From: a virus
Lineage: Duplodnaviria; Caudoviricetes
IMG/VR virus record: IMGVR_UViG_3300011008_000028
DNA: 64,000 nt
Reading direction: 5' to 3' (one strand)
Shown here: positions 1 to 9,849 of the stretch, piece after piece
Layout: each line of letters begins with the position of its first letter
Numbering within the stretch: position 1 is the first letter of the stretch
The notes under the pieces: model-generated
Told to the model about the DNA's origin: nothing
What the model saw: the letters and a program-made list of their open reading frames with translations, nothing else
The model's database searches: none
Translations under genes and position numbers: made by a program

Positions 1-1933
1 CAGGGCTAAGATCTGTATTGTATTCAGTGTTATCCGATTCATATATCGGGTCAAATATCACAACAGGTGTTGTTGATTCCATTTCAACGCCCTCCTTTAT
101 TAAAGAATTTGAGATAATAGACTGAACAAATCTAGTGCGTTCACGAGTTCTTTTATCGGGAATAATGTTCGTTTCATTCATAGTAAGGATTGTATCGTAC
201 ATATCTTCTGCTTCTGCAAGACCTTCAAACTCCGGGTTGTCATATAACACATTAAATCCTTCTGATATATACCATGCCAGAACAGTTGGAAACATATCCG
301 CGGGAGTATAATGTGTATTTCCTGATCCATTCTCTATATATGATAGAGATTTTGCTTCTCGATAGATATCCATAATATCGAATGCACAATCATCATCAAT
401 CAATACACATTCTTTGATTTTCGATGGTTTGTATCGGTTTACAATGTCATTTTTGTAATGTGATGCCCATGCACCCATATTCATATCATCAGAAGTTTTA
501 TTGGAATCAATCTTTCCTCTGACTGAATTCTGGAGTCGGTATGCTTTCATCAGCTCTCGATCCCATATCAACTGGGTTGTTTTGTACTTATCCTCCCCAC
601 CAAGTTGGTTTTTGGTATATGTTTCGATCTGCACTTCAGGAATAGACTTTACACTAGCCTTGAATCTGTTGATAAAAGCTGGGGAAGATACCATATCCAT
701 GAATGATACTTCTTGACCCAATGATTTAGATACATTATCTATAGTCCTGGAAACAATTCCAGACATAACCCCAACCATTCTTACAGATTGTAAGGATTGT
801 CCGTCTCTTGTAGTAATTCCGTGCACTTTGAGAGCATGTGTCCGGAAGTCAATATGCCCCCATTGTTTGATCTTCTCTTTCAGCTTTTCAATGCCAGACT
901 TTGATTTGTTATCAAATTCTGCATTTGTTACAGGTGTTTTCCTTACAACTCCTGCAAGTTCAGCTGCAGTACGCTTGATATTGTCGTCTGACACAGCGTT
1001 GATTTGTTCCGGATCCAGTTCAAATTGTACTGCAACTTGCTTCCCTGTATTAATATCAAACCCAATACGGTAGCAATATTTCAGATCATTCTTTGGTCGT
1101 GGTGTATGTGCTTCGTTGATATTCATCCATGATGCTAGTTTGTTTGCATATTCAGTATCTAATTTCAGCTGGTATGTTTCTCCGATTGCCAATGTCTTAC
1201 ATACCATTTCTCTACGCACGGCTTCACTTATCACATTAGCATCTTTGAAACTAATTTCTCCATTGATGGATGTAAGCTCTATGAATCCTAAAACATCTTC
1301 ACCGTTCTTACGAATTGTTACCAGACCTGTATCTGGATTCACCGTGTTCAGACATTCGGTAAGAGCAATGATTGAGGTCTGTAACCCATATGGGAGTTCA
1401 TCAATCCCTGCATATGTATACTCAAGGGATTCATACACCTTTTCGGGACGTTTGATTTTGGTATTCTTTCCTTCGAACTTTTCCCATATCTGTTTGGCAA
1501 CCTTCGACTTGGTCCAGATATCAAATCCTTCGAAGTTCTCTCCATGTTCCGACTCACATGTCAGTGTCACATCATACTTGCGTCTGATCTTTGTCCGTAG
1601 TGCAACATGTGTGTTACGGATGAAGCCGTGAAACATTTCTTCATCTTCGGTATTGCGGTTGTTTACAGGATGTCCTGTTACCTGTATCATGCAGCGATAA
1701 CGTTTCCCCTTCTTATACACCCGGACAGAACCACACAGGGTCCCATCCTTGGGCTCCACTAGGAATTCATCCAGTAACGTTTTCACACGAGGAACATTCC
1801 GAATATCATCATAGAATGATCTCTTCATTTCGGAATTACATGCATCAACGATCATCTTATGAACTCCCATTATCTTAATCTGGATATCTTCTGGAAGATC
1901 CCCAAGATATCCATCTCTGATTTCTTCAGCCAT
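1..1933 (-). CDS. Large virion-associated/head cargo protein, 3' end runs off the window
   Basis: ATG at 1933 after AGGAGA RBS; frame read by hand stays open to position 1 (MAEEIRDGYLG...); shares a domain with 14927..18574 (LKYCYRIGFDI, GHIDF, NQLGG..K.KTT.LIWDR). Absent from the ORF track because there is no stop in the window. Confidence 0.7.
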   Translation of the reverse strand, partial: MAEEIRDGYLGDLPEDIQIKIMGVHKMIVDACNSEMKRSFYDDIRNVPRVKTLLDEFLVEPKDGTLCGSVRVYKKGKRYRCMIQVTGHPVNNRNTEDEEMFHGFIRNTHVALRTKIRRKYDVTLTCESEHGENFEGFDIWTKSKVAKQIWEKFEGKNTKIKRPEKVYESLEYTYAGIDELPYGLQTSIIALTECLNTVNPDTGLVTIRKNGEDVLGFIELTSINGEISFKDANVISEAVRREMVCKTLAIGETYQLKLDTEYANKLASWMNINEAHTPRPKNDLKYCYRIGFDINTGKQVAVQFELDPEQINAVSDDNIKRTAAELAGVVRKTPVTNAEFDNKSKSGIEKLKEKIKQWGHIDFRTHALKVHGITTRDGQSLQSVRMVGVMSGIVSRTIDNVSKSLGQEVSFMDMVSSPAFINRFKASVKSIPEVQIETYTKNQLGGEDKYKTTQLIWDRELMKAYRLQNSVRGKIDSNKTSDDMNMGAWASHYKNDIVNRYKPSKIKECVLIDDDCAFDIMDIYREAKSLSYIENGSGNTHYTPADMFPTVLAWYISEGFNVLYDNPEFEGLAEAEDMYDTILTMNETNIIPDKRTRERTRFVQSIISNSLIKEGVEMESTTPVVIFDPIYESDNTEYNTDLSP

Positions 1934-1984
1934 TGTATCATCTCCTAATGTAAGGTCAAATTATAAAGTCGTTGACAATGAATG

Positions 1985-2020
1985 GAAATAGTACCGGGGA
2001 TTTCTCCCCGGTACTATTTC
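1985..2020. terminator. 16-bp-arm inverted repeat downstream of the capsid gene
   Basis: gaaatagtaccgggga-tttc-tccccggtactatttc. Confidence 0.65.
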
Positions 2021-2063
2021 ATTTTACATAGTATGGAAGTCTCACTATGACTAGTTGGTGAAC

Positions 2064-3959
2064 TTATCCGCCGATGGAGCTAACCGGAACAGTTGCTGTC
2101 GACCAAGGAGCACCAGAACGCTTTGTCGGGGCCTTAGAGTAAACAAGCTCACTGTTAAGCATAACAAGATCCGCACCGATGAACTGAATCGAGATATCCT
2201 GGAATCTCGATGTAGCAGTGATGATGTTGAATGCACCAGCCGGAGCAAGAGGAGACTGATATGCAGTCTGGCTCTGCGATGTGAAGAGGTGAGATGTATA
2301 CTTGAGGTGCTTGTTGCTCATGTGCTCCGGATCAGTCGGATATGCATATACATGGAGTACAAGCTCACGCTTCGTAACTTCATCACCTGCTCTGTTGGTG
2401 TAGGTTATAGGCGCTTCAGTGTAAGCATCGTAGAGGTTGGAAGCAACGATACGTACGTTAGCACCGATACCTGTAGCGAAGCCGTAGGAGCTATTAACTG
2501 TAACGCCGGATACAGCTGTACCAGGAGTGGTCTTCCAGTTAACGAACTCTTCGATCATAGCAGTAGCCATCGGGTTACCTACGATTATGAAGCTCAGACC
2601 TTCAAGCTTGGTATCTTCAGAAAGCTGGCTTATCATAGCCTTGAGCTTGAACTGAACAGCGCTTGCCATGAACTTGAACGGATCACCGGCATACCCATTA
2701 GGAGCCTGGAGATCAGCGAAGTATGTCTTAGCAACGGATTCGAGATCCAGCGGGTCTGTTATAACGCCATTGTACTTCTTGAATTCGTCGTTAAGGAACT
2801 GGATAACCTTCTGGTTCTCGAGCATCTCCTGAACCTTAACTACTTCATCAACCATGCGGTTGTAGTAGTTAATATCAAGCAGAGCAGCAGCGTCTTCGAT
2901 CTCTTCGATCGTGAAAGGCATCTGCATACGAGCGCCGTCTTCGATGTTGAATCTGAGGACACGTCTCTTCTCGCGTACGCTTATCGATCTGAGGTTCTTC
3001 TCGTTGGAGAGATAGCCTTCGAATACGAGGCCTTCAACCTGACCAGTTGTGCTTGCAGCACTTACTGTACCATTCTGGTAGTCAACCTGACCGAGGATTG
3101 TATCCTTGATCTCGGTGCCATTGTGAACGAAGTTCAGCTTGCCGTTCAGGAAGAGACCGCCTGTAGCGAAGTCGATTGTGATACCATTGTCACGGAGCAT
3201 GATTGTTTCGCCGTCAACAACGATACCCTTTATCTTGAACGCCCAAGAGAGCGTATCAACGCCGGGTGTGCCGGTTGTAAGATTGCTTATGATATCATAG
3301 TTGGTGAGTCTGCCGTTCTCGAACATAACAGCCTTCTCTTCAATTGCGAGACCCTTAGCAGCATCCCACATCTCCTGCCATTCGCCGGTGAACATGCAGC
3401 GAGGATACTCAACTTCCTTGGTAGGATCGTTGTTATCAACGATGAATGTTGTACGAACGTGCTTGGAGATCGAAGGTGTCTTAACAACCTCAACTTCGAT
3501 AATATCCTTGATTATGGAGTGAATGTACTGCTTAACGAGTACAGGGAACTCCAGCGTGGATATAGGAAGGTATGCCGTTACAGAAGCAGCTTCGTTAAAC
3601 GCCTTAACCTGGATATCCCAGATCTGGTCGAGCTGGTTAGCAGTAGCCATGATATGAGGATCAACAGTACCCGTCTGAGTGTTCTCAGCCATTACTTCGA
3701 GTTCCTTCTTTATCGGGGAGAGGAGATCCTCCTTATACTGCTCCATGAATGCAGGGTCGCGCATCTTCTCGTGATCCTTCTTAATATCTACCTGCTGTGT
3801 ATCTCTGTACTGTTCCGCAAGAGCATCAAATGCTTCATCAAATGTACGGAGTTCGGTACCGGTGGATACAAGACCGCCAAAAGAGCTCTTCGTAGGGACC
3901 AATGTCGCTGCAGTGTTAGCGTCAGCGGCCTCATAGAACCAGCTATCTTTTCTTGCCAT
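2064..3959 (-). CDS. Major capsid protein (jumbo phage type)
   Basis: 631 aa; strongly biased codon usage (gives a long antisense shadow ORF); N-terminal propeptide-like region with FYEA/FDEA/FNEA motifs; HK97-like C-terminal pattern (IIVGNP...VRIVASN); lies among head genes. Confidence 0.7.
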   Translation of the reverse strand: MARKDSWFYEAADANTAATLVPTKSSFGGLVSTGTELRTFDEAFDALAEQYRDTQQVDIKKDHEKMRDPAFMEQYKEDLLSPIKKELEVMAENTQTGTVDPHIMATANQLDQIWDIQVKAFNEAASVTAYLPISTLEFPVLVKQYIHSIIKDIIEVEVVKTPSISKHVRTTFIVDNNDPTKEVEYPRCMFTGEWQEMWDAAKGLAIEEKAVMFENGRLTNYDIISNLTTGTPGVDTLSWAFKIKGIVVDGETIMLRDNGITIDFATGGLFLNGKLNFVHNGTEIKDTILGQVDYQNGTVSAASTTGQVEGLVFEGYLSNEKNLRSISVREKRRVLRFNIEDGARMQMPFTIEEIEDAAALLDINYYNRMVDEVVKVQEMLENQKVIQFLNDEFKKYNGVITDPLDLESVAKTYFADLQAPNGYAGDPFKFMASAVQFKLKAMISQLSEDTKLEGLSFIIVGNPMATAMIEEFVNWKTTPGTAVSGVTVNSSYGFATGIGANVRIVASNLYDAYTEAPITYTNRAGDEVTKRELVLHVYAYPTDPEHMSNKHLKYTSHLFTSQSQTAYQSPLAPAGAFNIITATSRFQDISIQFIGADLVMLNSELVYSKAPTKRSGAPWSTATVPVSSIGG

Positions 3960-4027
3960 GTTTCATCAATTCCTTTCTGTTATGAGTTAATAAAAAATTT
4001 GGTGTGCGGATTTTACAGATATGTTTC

Positions 4028-4636
4028 TTACTCCTTTATCCCATTGCGGATAATGTTGTCGAAACTGTCATTGAGCAACTTGAGTAAATTCACAGCCTTA
4101 TTGAAGAATAACAGATTCCGAGAGTAGTTCTCATCAGCAAATGTATTCTTCAAATAGTTGCGTAAATTCTCCTCAAGAGTTGCTAATGATTTGACAATTC
4201 CGGCCACATCCGCAGAAATAGTGTATAATATGTCGGAATTGTTTTTGATACTTGTCTGCTGTGAAGCAATCTGGTTTAATAACGACAAGAATCGTTTGTA
4301 CAACGTTTGATTCATGATTGCACTAACTTTCTCATCTAAACCAGCTGGAGCCGAACTGCCTTCAGGCTCATCTCCTGTATCATCCATGTCCCCAGTATCG
4401 AAATCATCTGCCATGTCAGGCGGATTATCATCGACCGGCGGATCAGCACTGAAATCACCAGCATTATCTTCCCCAGGTGACCCCTCAATCGCTGGAGGAT
4501 CCTCTGCAGGTGCATCAGGCGGATTATCATTTGATGCGTCCATGTTGGCATCCGGAGCTTCCTCATCTTCAGGAGCTTCGATTAAGTATCTCTCAAATAA
4601 GGATAATTCCTGTTGATTACTCATATTGTCGGTCAC
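4028..4636 (-). CDS. Acidic head/scaffold-associated protein
   Basis: 202 aa, D/P-rich N-half after YLIEA motif, helical C-terminus, directly upstream of the capsid gene. Confidence 0.45.
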   Translation of the reverse strand: MTDNMSNQQELSLFERYLIEAPEDEEAPDANMDASNDNPPDAPAEDPPAIEGSPGEDNAGDFSADPPVDDNPPDMADDFDTGDMDDTGDEPEGSSAPAGLDEKVSAIMNQTLYKRFLSLLNQIASQQTSIKNNSDILYTISADVAGIVKSLATLEENLRNYLKNTFADENYSRNLLFFNKAVNLLKLLNDSFDNIIRNGIKE

Positions 4637-4648
4637 TCCTTGAGTGTA

Positions 4649-6679
4649 TTATATCATATTAACAACATTTTTGTTTCCGGCAACTCTCCAAAGTTTCTTT
4701 TTGAGCTCCGTTTGAAAACGCATTAATTGATATTTTGCTTGATAATCATTTTTCTGTTCAGCATCTTTGATCTTTTCTTTGATGATTTCCTCTTCTTGCT
4801 GAAGTTCGAGGATCATCTCATTCTTTAGTCTCTGCTCCTTCTTAGAGTTTTTATTATGACTAAGAATTCTGATTCCAAGCAAGAATGGATTCAATAAAAG
4901 ACCAGCTTTGAATAATGCCCCATCTCTAATAGATGTATGGAGAGCTTTGATCAGATTCATTCGCTCTTTAGGTTCCGCAAGGCGTTCTTTGATCTTCGTC
5001 TCTTTAGTGTCATTCCAGCTGGTAATCATATTGTCAACCCATTGTTTAGTACGTTTAGCTGGTTTCACAGCAGCACGGCCAACATTGACGACATTTTGAA
5101 CACCCTTCTTGGCATGCTGCTGAACTTTAGTAAACTTTCGATCAATATCCATCAAAACATCTTTGATAGGATGATCAGACTCGGGTTTATCTTTATCTGC
5201 TGAACCAACCCGATCTTCTTCATCATCACTCCATAAATCATCTTTAGCCGCCTCACCTACCGGCTTAGCGGCTTCATTAAAAACCTCTGGTATACCCAAA
5301 TCCAATTCCCATGGTTGTTTCATGGATTCTGTGTTGATCGAATCATCGTTTTCGTTGTTATCATCCTTAATAACAACCTTTGGTTTTGGCATTCCGTCAT
5401 TATGAGAATTTACATGTTTATCAGAAGAATGATCATCAGTTTGATTGAATGAATGATCATTCTTATTGAGAGAATTCTGATAAGTATAATAGTAGTAGTT
5501 TACCGGGCCAGATGACGTTTGATTGGATCTAGGAGGATGTTCCTCATCACTAATGTCATCAGTAATTGATGTGTCACTTGGTGTGGAAGCCGGTTTATCA
5601 TCTTCATCCGGATGTTTGTAATCATCCAGATCTTTATCACTTTCCGGTTTGTCTTCCTTTGGTTCTTCTTCACCCCAAGAAGTGATGTCATGATTTCTCT
5701 TTAAATATGGAGCTACAGTTGAATGCTTCTTATCAGAAGTTTGTGCCATCCAGGCAGGAGCTTCTGTCTTAGGTTGTGGGAGCATTTCTGCAATATCAGC
5801 ATCTGATTCTGTATTAATCTGATTTATTTCTTCACACAATTCAGTCAATACTTTTGAAATGTGATCAGTATCCATACGGATTTCATCTGACCACGTCAGA
5901 TAGTACTCGTAGAATGAAATCAGATCATGAAGAGCATCAATCTGTTTCTGTGTGTATTCATACACGGCGTCTTCATTTCCCATGATCATCGCCTCACGGA
6001 AAACTTTCTGGTGTTCTTTATGCATATTGGATACGATCATAAATGCACATTCATTCATGAATATCTCGCCGGTTCCAGTTCTTCTCAGTCCGATAATGAA
6101 TTGATTAGCCAGAGGAGTGAGATTCATATGGGACCCAATGTATGTTTCCAAATGAGGAACTGCCATATTTGGGCTGTATGGTTGGCGACTCACTCGTAAA
6201 GCAGTTATGTATGCATCTGGGATGGCACACTCGCCGAACTTCTGGAGCATACCTGATGCAAGATATCGATTCTGCTTTCCTTTTGTCATTCCGTAATAAG
6301 TATTGATGTAAGGACGAACATCATCAGGTCTGTAATACTCAAACATCATGAATCCCTTGATGTTATCTTGGCGGAATTCTTCCAGGAACTTCTTTGCTTC
6401 TTCATATGAATGAGTATCCACTTTGGCGTCTTTGGCCTTCTCCAGGCTGGTGGTTACACATTCATACACGGTATCATATGCAGCAATTGGAAGTCCCCAA
6501 TATTCGATAAATGGGATCAACGTGTTTATGCCAGTCGAAGATTGAATGATATATTCTAACTGGGCGACATAATCACGAGGAGATTCAAGTGCTTGTTTAA
6601 CTGCTTCAAGATAAGCAGAAACATCGCTTTCTGAACCGCTATTTTTCGCGGCCAGAAATAGAGATTTTATATCAATCAT
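4649..6679 (-). CDS. Virion/head protein of unknown function
   Basis: Probable start MIDIKS at 6679 (GAGG RBS); acidic linkers, FREA/FNEA motifs, C-terminal coiled coil. Confidence 0.5.
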   Translation of the reverse strand: MIDIKSLFLAAKNSGSESDVSAYLEAVKQALESPRDYVAQLEYIIQSSTGINTLIPFIEYWGLPIAAYDTVYECVTTSLEKAKDAKVDTHSYEEAKKFLEEFRQDNIKGFMMFEYYRPDDVRPYINTYYGMTKGKQNRYLASGMLQKFGECAIPDAYITALRVSRQPYSPNMAVPHLETYIGSHMNLTPLANQFIIGLRRTGTGEIFMNECAFMIVSNMHKEHQKVFREAMIMGNEDAVYEYTQKQIDALHDLISFYEYYLTWSDEIRMDTDHISKVLTELCEEINQINTESDADIAEMLPQPKTEAPAWMAQTSDKKHSTVAPYLKRNHDITSWGEEEPKEDKPESDKDLDDYKHPDEDDKPASTPSDTSITDDISDEEHPPRSNQTSSGPVNYYYYTYQNSLNKNDHSFNQTDDHSSDKHVNSHNDGMPKPKVVIKDDNNENDDSINTESMKQPWELDLGIPEVFNEAAKPVGEAAKDDLWSDDEEDRVGSADKDKPESDHPIKDVLMDIDRKFTKVQQHAKKGVQNVVNVGRAAVKPAKRTKQWVDNMITSWNDTKETKIKERLAEPKERMNLIKALHTSIRDGALFKAGLLLNPFLLGIRILSHNKNSKKEQRLKNEMILELQQEEEIIKEKIKDAEQKNDYQAKYQLMRFQTELKKKLWRVAGNKNVVNMI

Positions 6680-6743
6680 ATTATTCAACCTCTCTTCTAA
6701 ATTTGTCGAATTTAATAAATGGTGAGAAAGGAGCCGTATTTCA

Positions 6744-8495
6744 ATGGCTAGAGTTGGCAAGAAAAACAAAGAGCTCACTAAAGTAAAAGATATAAAGCTT
6801 GGAAAAATTTCCGTATTTATGAGGAAGTCTATTCTAAAAAGTATATTACGGATTATGACCATGGAACATGGTGGATTTCGTAATTTTAAATCCGTCAAAA
6901 ACATCAATCGATTATTTGCAAATCTTGATATGGGGAAGTATGCAACCAATCAAGAGGCAATTGCATATATATGGGATATTGCATTCATGTCTAAACAATG
7001 GCTGGCCGGAATTGCAACTCCTGATATTGCAGTTGAACTGGCAAAGAAACAACAGGATGCCCCGCCAATGGCGGTGGACATCCTATGCAAGTCATTAGAT
7101 GATAAAAATGATATTACGGCCCCAGAAGCCAAAACGATATTCGATATGATATCCGAAGCACTTCAATATGGTTTCGTAACATCATTGAAGGATGAGTATA
7201 TCAATCTTCTGGATGATGTGAATATGGATGAACCTGGGGCATTACAGACGATAATGCAGCGACTATTTGATGTATCCAAATCCCTGTTGGATATCAAGTA
7301 TAACACCAACATGGTCGCCAACAAGGTGGAATTCAATACTGCCGATATAGACAGTATGAGGAATGCGTTATCTGCAACCATTGAATCATTATCATCCAAT
7401 AGTAGTATATTCAAGACAGGAATCCGGAGATTAAATACATTATTATCTCCCGGCTATATGAACGGCAGACTGTATGTATACTGCGGCGTCCCTGGGGCAG
7501 GAAAGTCGATCATGCTTCTGAAATCTGCATTAGATATTAGAAAGTATAATCCGGGTTATAAGACCAAGACTCCTGGTATGAGACCCTGCGTGTTATATAT
7601 TACAATGGAAAACACTTTCACCGAAACCATTGAAAGAATTTGGAATATGTGTTTTGATGAGCCAGTTACAAACTATACTGAAGATGAAGCATTAAGTATG
7701 ATTTGTAATGCACTTGGTGTTCGTAAGATTCTCAAGGATGATGTCCCAGTTACAATTACAGATGATAATGGTAATCAGACATCTCTGTTAGGCCAGCTCA
7801 TGGAGAAGGAAGATGAACGTGCCCAGCAGAATATCGAAATGGTTATTCAGTATTATCCGTATAAGAGTATCAATACAGATGACTTGTATACCATTATACA
7901 GGATCTCAAAGATGAGAATCTTGAGGTATGTGCATTTGTATTTGACTATATCAAACGTATTGAACCATCTACTCCTGTAAACGATAATGCAAAGATGGAG
8001 CTTGATAGAATCATCAATGAGCTCAAAGCATTGGCTGTAATAACAGATATCCCTGTAATAACAGCTCATCAAATGAACAGAGCAGCCGTCAGTGTTATCG
8101 ATAATGCAGCCAAGAGCGGAAAAGGCGATTTAGGTAGACAAGCAACGAGAGACCAAATCGGAGACAGTATTGACATATTACAAGTGGCAGATTGGTTAGC
8201 AGTCGTGAATGCCGAGTATCAACCGGGAACAGATAACAAGTTTATGACCATAAATGTATTGAAACGTCGCCGTATTGATGCAGCAGAGGCAGAGTTTGCT
8301 AAGTATACATATCTTGCACATCCATTTGCCCCAAAGAATGGATTACGCCTGCTGGATGACATTAATCTGGATAAGGTATTATCATTGCAATCTCTGTCCA
8401 CAGATGTTGATATGATTCCCGACAAGGAAAGAGCAAATGCTGCCCCAAGATTACAAACACTGAATCGAACACCGTTCGATGAAGACTACATATAA
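6744..8495 (+). CDS. dnaB: Replicative DNA helicase, DnaB/SF4 family
   Basis: Walker A GVPGAGKS, YITMEN, FDYIKRI, PVITAHQMNR, DSIDILQVAD motifs. Confidence 0.9.
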   Translation: MARVGKKNKELTKVKDIKLGKISVFMRKSILKSILRIMTMEHGGFRNFKSVKNINRLFANLDMGKYATNQEAIAYIWDIAFMSKQWLAGIATPDIAVELAKKQQDAPPMAVDILCKSLDDKNDITAPEAKTIFDMISEALQYGFVTSLKDEYINLLDDVNMDEPGALQTIMQRLFDVSKSLLDIKYNTNMVANKVEFNTADIDSMRNALSATIESLSSNSSIFKTGIRRLNTLLSPGYMNGRLYVYCGVPGAGKSIMLLKSALDIRKYNPGYKTKTPGMRPCVLYITMENTFTETIERIWNMCFDEPVTNYTEDEALSMICNALGVRKILKDDVPVTITDDNGNQTSLLGQLMEKEDERAQQNIEMVIQYYPYKSINTDDLYTIIQDLKDENLEVCAFVFDYIKRIEPSTPVNDNAKMELDRIINELKALAVITDIPVITAHQMNRAAVSVIDNAAKSGKGDLGRQATRDQIGDSIDILQVADWLAVVNAEYQPGTDNKFMTINVLKRRRIDAAEAEFAKYTYLAHPFAPKNGLRLLDDINLDKVLSLQSLSTDVDMIPDKERANAAPRLQTLNRTPFDEDYI

Positions 8496-8508
8496 GGAGG
8501 AGTAACAA

Positions 8509-8994
8509 ATGAGTTTGAAGCCAGAGGAAATCGTACTGTTCAAAGCAGCATGTCGTCATAGCACAATGTTCAATGGAGACGACATCGACCCGGAGATCGT
8601 CTCCAAGCTTCTTCCAAACCGGTTTAAATATCCCAATTTTGAGACAGTACATGGGTTCATTATAATCGGAGAATTCTTCTCCAATAATAACTCTGGAAGT
8701 ACCATCCGTGACGTATGGGAACCGGCCATAAAGATGATAAATGCTAATCAGGTATACAATTACTTCTGTAAATGGGCAGACAGAAGATTCTATGAGTATG
8801 GTACCAGTCCTAGATCAGGGTGGTTTGACCTGAATGAAATGCAAGACTACCCTGAGTATTTCAAACTATTCGTTGATACCTGCCTCAAGGATAAGCGTAA
8901 TCAGCAATTCAGATATGAACCTGAAAGAATCAAGAAGTTCGAAGAATATATCAATAGTAAATATGCCAATTGGAGTAAGGAGCATGCAATATGA
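8509..8994 (+). CDS. Hypothetical protein
   Basis: AAGGAGG RBS; contains YEYGTSPRSGW. Confidence 0.6.
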   Translation: MSLKPEEIVLFKAACRHSTMFNGDDIDPEIVSKLLPNRFKYPNFETVHGFIIIGEFFSNNNSGSTIRDVWEPAIKMINANQVYNYFCKWADRRFYEYGTSPRSGWFDLNEMQDYPEYFKLFVDTCLKDKRNQQFRYEPERIKKFEEYINSKYANWSKEHAI

Positions 8995-9197
8995 GACAAT
9001 GGTTGTGGGTACTCTATGTAGAAGAGTTTAATAAGCAGAGAAGCATTATCAATGCCGGCTTGGTAGTTGCCGATTCTGAAACAGATGCCAGGGAGAAGGC
9101 CCAACTGCAGATTGGGTTCAACCTGCTGCCTGGAATGGCAATCAATGTTACAGACGATATCATGAATGTATCTGTAGCATCACTGATGAGGAGATGA
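8991..9197 (+). CDS. Hypothetical protein
   Basis: ATGA overlap with the upstream gene, AAGGAG RBS. Confidence 0.55.
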   Translation: MRQWLWVLYVEEFNKQRSIINAGLVVADSETDAREKAQLQIGFNLLPGMAINVTDDIMNVSVASLMRR

Positions 9198-9496
9198 TCA
9201 GGATGTTTAATTTCTGGAAGTCATTTCCCAAGCACCAACCCAAACATGACGGGTGGTATCTGTGCACAGTGGAAGTTCCTAATCAGCAAAGGTATGTAAT
9301 GCCTCTATGGTGGGATGGCGAATTCTTCCTCAACAATTACAGGCAGAATGTCTTTGATACATATAATGTGATCAATATGAAGGGTGAACGTATCTACACT
9401 GATATACTTTACAATCGTACCAAAGATGTCAAATACTGGAAGAATGAACCTCGTACATGTTACAAAGGATTCCGTATCAATAACGAACTACCGTAA
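9194..9496 (+). CDS. Small phage protein, DUF551-like
   Basis: W..FPKHQPKHDGWYLCTVE...VKYW pattern; ATGA coupling. Confidence 0.5.
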   Translation: MIRMFNFWKSFPKHQPKHDGWYLCTVEVPNQQRYVMPLWWDGEFFLNNYRQNVFDTYNVINMKGERIYTDILYNRTKDVKYWKNEPRTCYKGFRINNELP

Positions 9497-9510
9497 ATAT
9501 ACTTGATAAC

Positions 9511-9539
9511 ACCACACCCCGCACAGTGCGGGGTGTGGT
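9511..9539. terminator. Near-perfect palindrome (14-bp arms)
   Basis: accacaccccgcac-a-gtgcggggtgtggt. Confidence 0.65.
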
Positions 9540-9562
9540 CAGGTCTTGGACTATACTACACC

Positions 9563-9685
9563 GGTCGGTTTCAGGGAGAGGCGGGCGCCAATAGTCCAGT
9601 AGGAAACAGACACAGCATCATTCAGGTTGCAATAGAATGCACCAGCCTTAGCACCGTTATTCGAGTTACCACCGAATAGCGCCCC
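9563..9685 (-). repeat. DGR VR/TR-like repeat, copy 1 (orphan, intergenic)
   Basis: 123 nt, 106/123 identical to 34424..34546; translates GALFGGNSNNGAKAGAFYCNLNDAVSVSYWTIGARLSLKPT; in-frame TAA upstream and no start codon. Confidence 0.85.
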
Positions 9686-9778
9686 GTCCCATTGCCCACC
9701 ACCACACCGTATCCCGCCCGCCGATTTTTATAGGGGTATATTTGACTTTGGAGGACCGCATTTTCTTTTGATGAAATT

Positions 9779-9787
9779 ATATATTAT
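9779..9787 (+). promoter_or_regulatory. ATATATTAT candidate phage early promoter
   Basis: The same 9-mer recurs in intergenic DNA at 12006, 14754, 39363 and 45885. Confidence 0.55.
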
Positions 9788-9849
9788 TAATACGCATACA
9801 TATGATATGCGTAAAATTAAGTTAAATTTCATTAAGGAGGAATTGAGAA

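Noticed and set aside
2055-4127. 690-aa plus-strand ORF
   Set aside because: Antisense shadow of the codon-biased capsid gene; no RBS or motifs. The same applies to 25270..26226, 48189..48839 and 57318..58316.
9563-9685. Copy 1 as the canonical TR for copy 2
   Set aside because: Eight of 17 mismatches are at non-A positions of copy 1, which is incompatible with direct adenine-specific mutagenesis from it.
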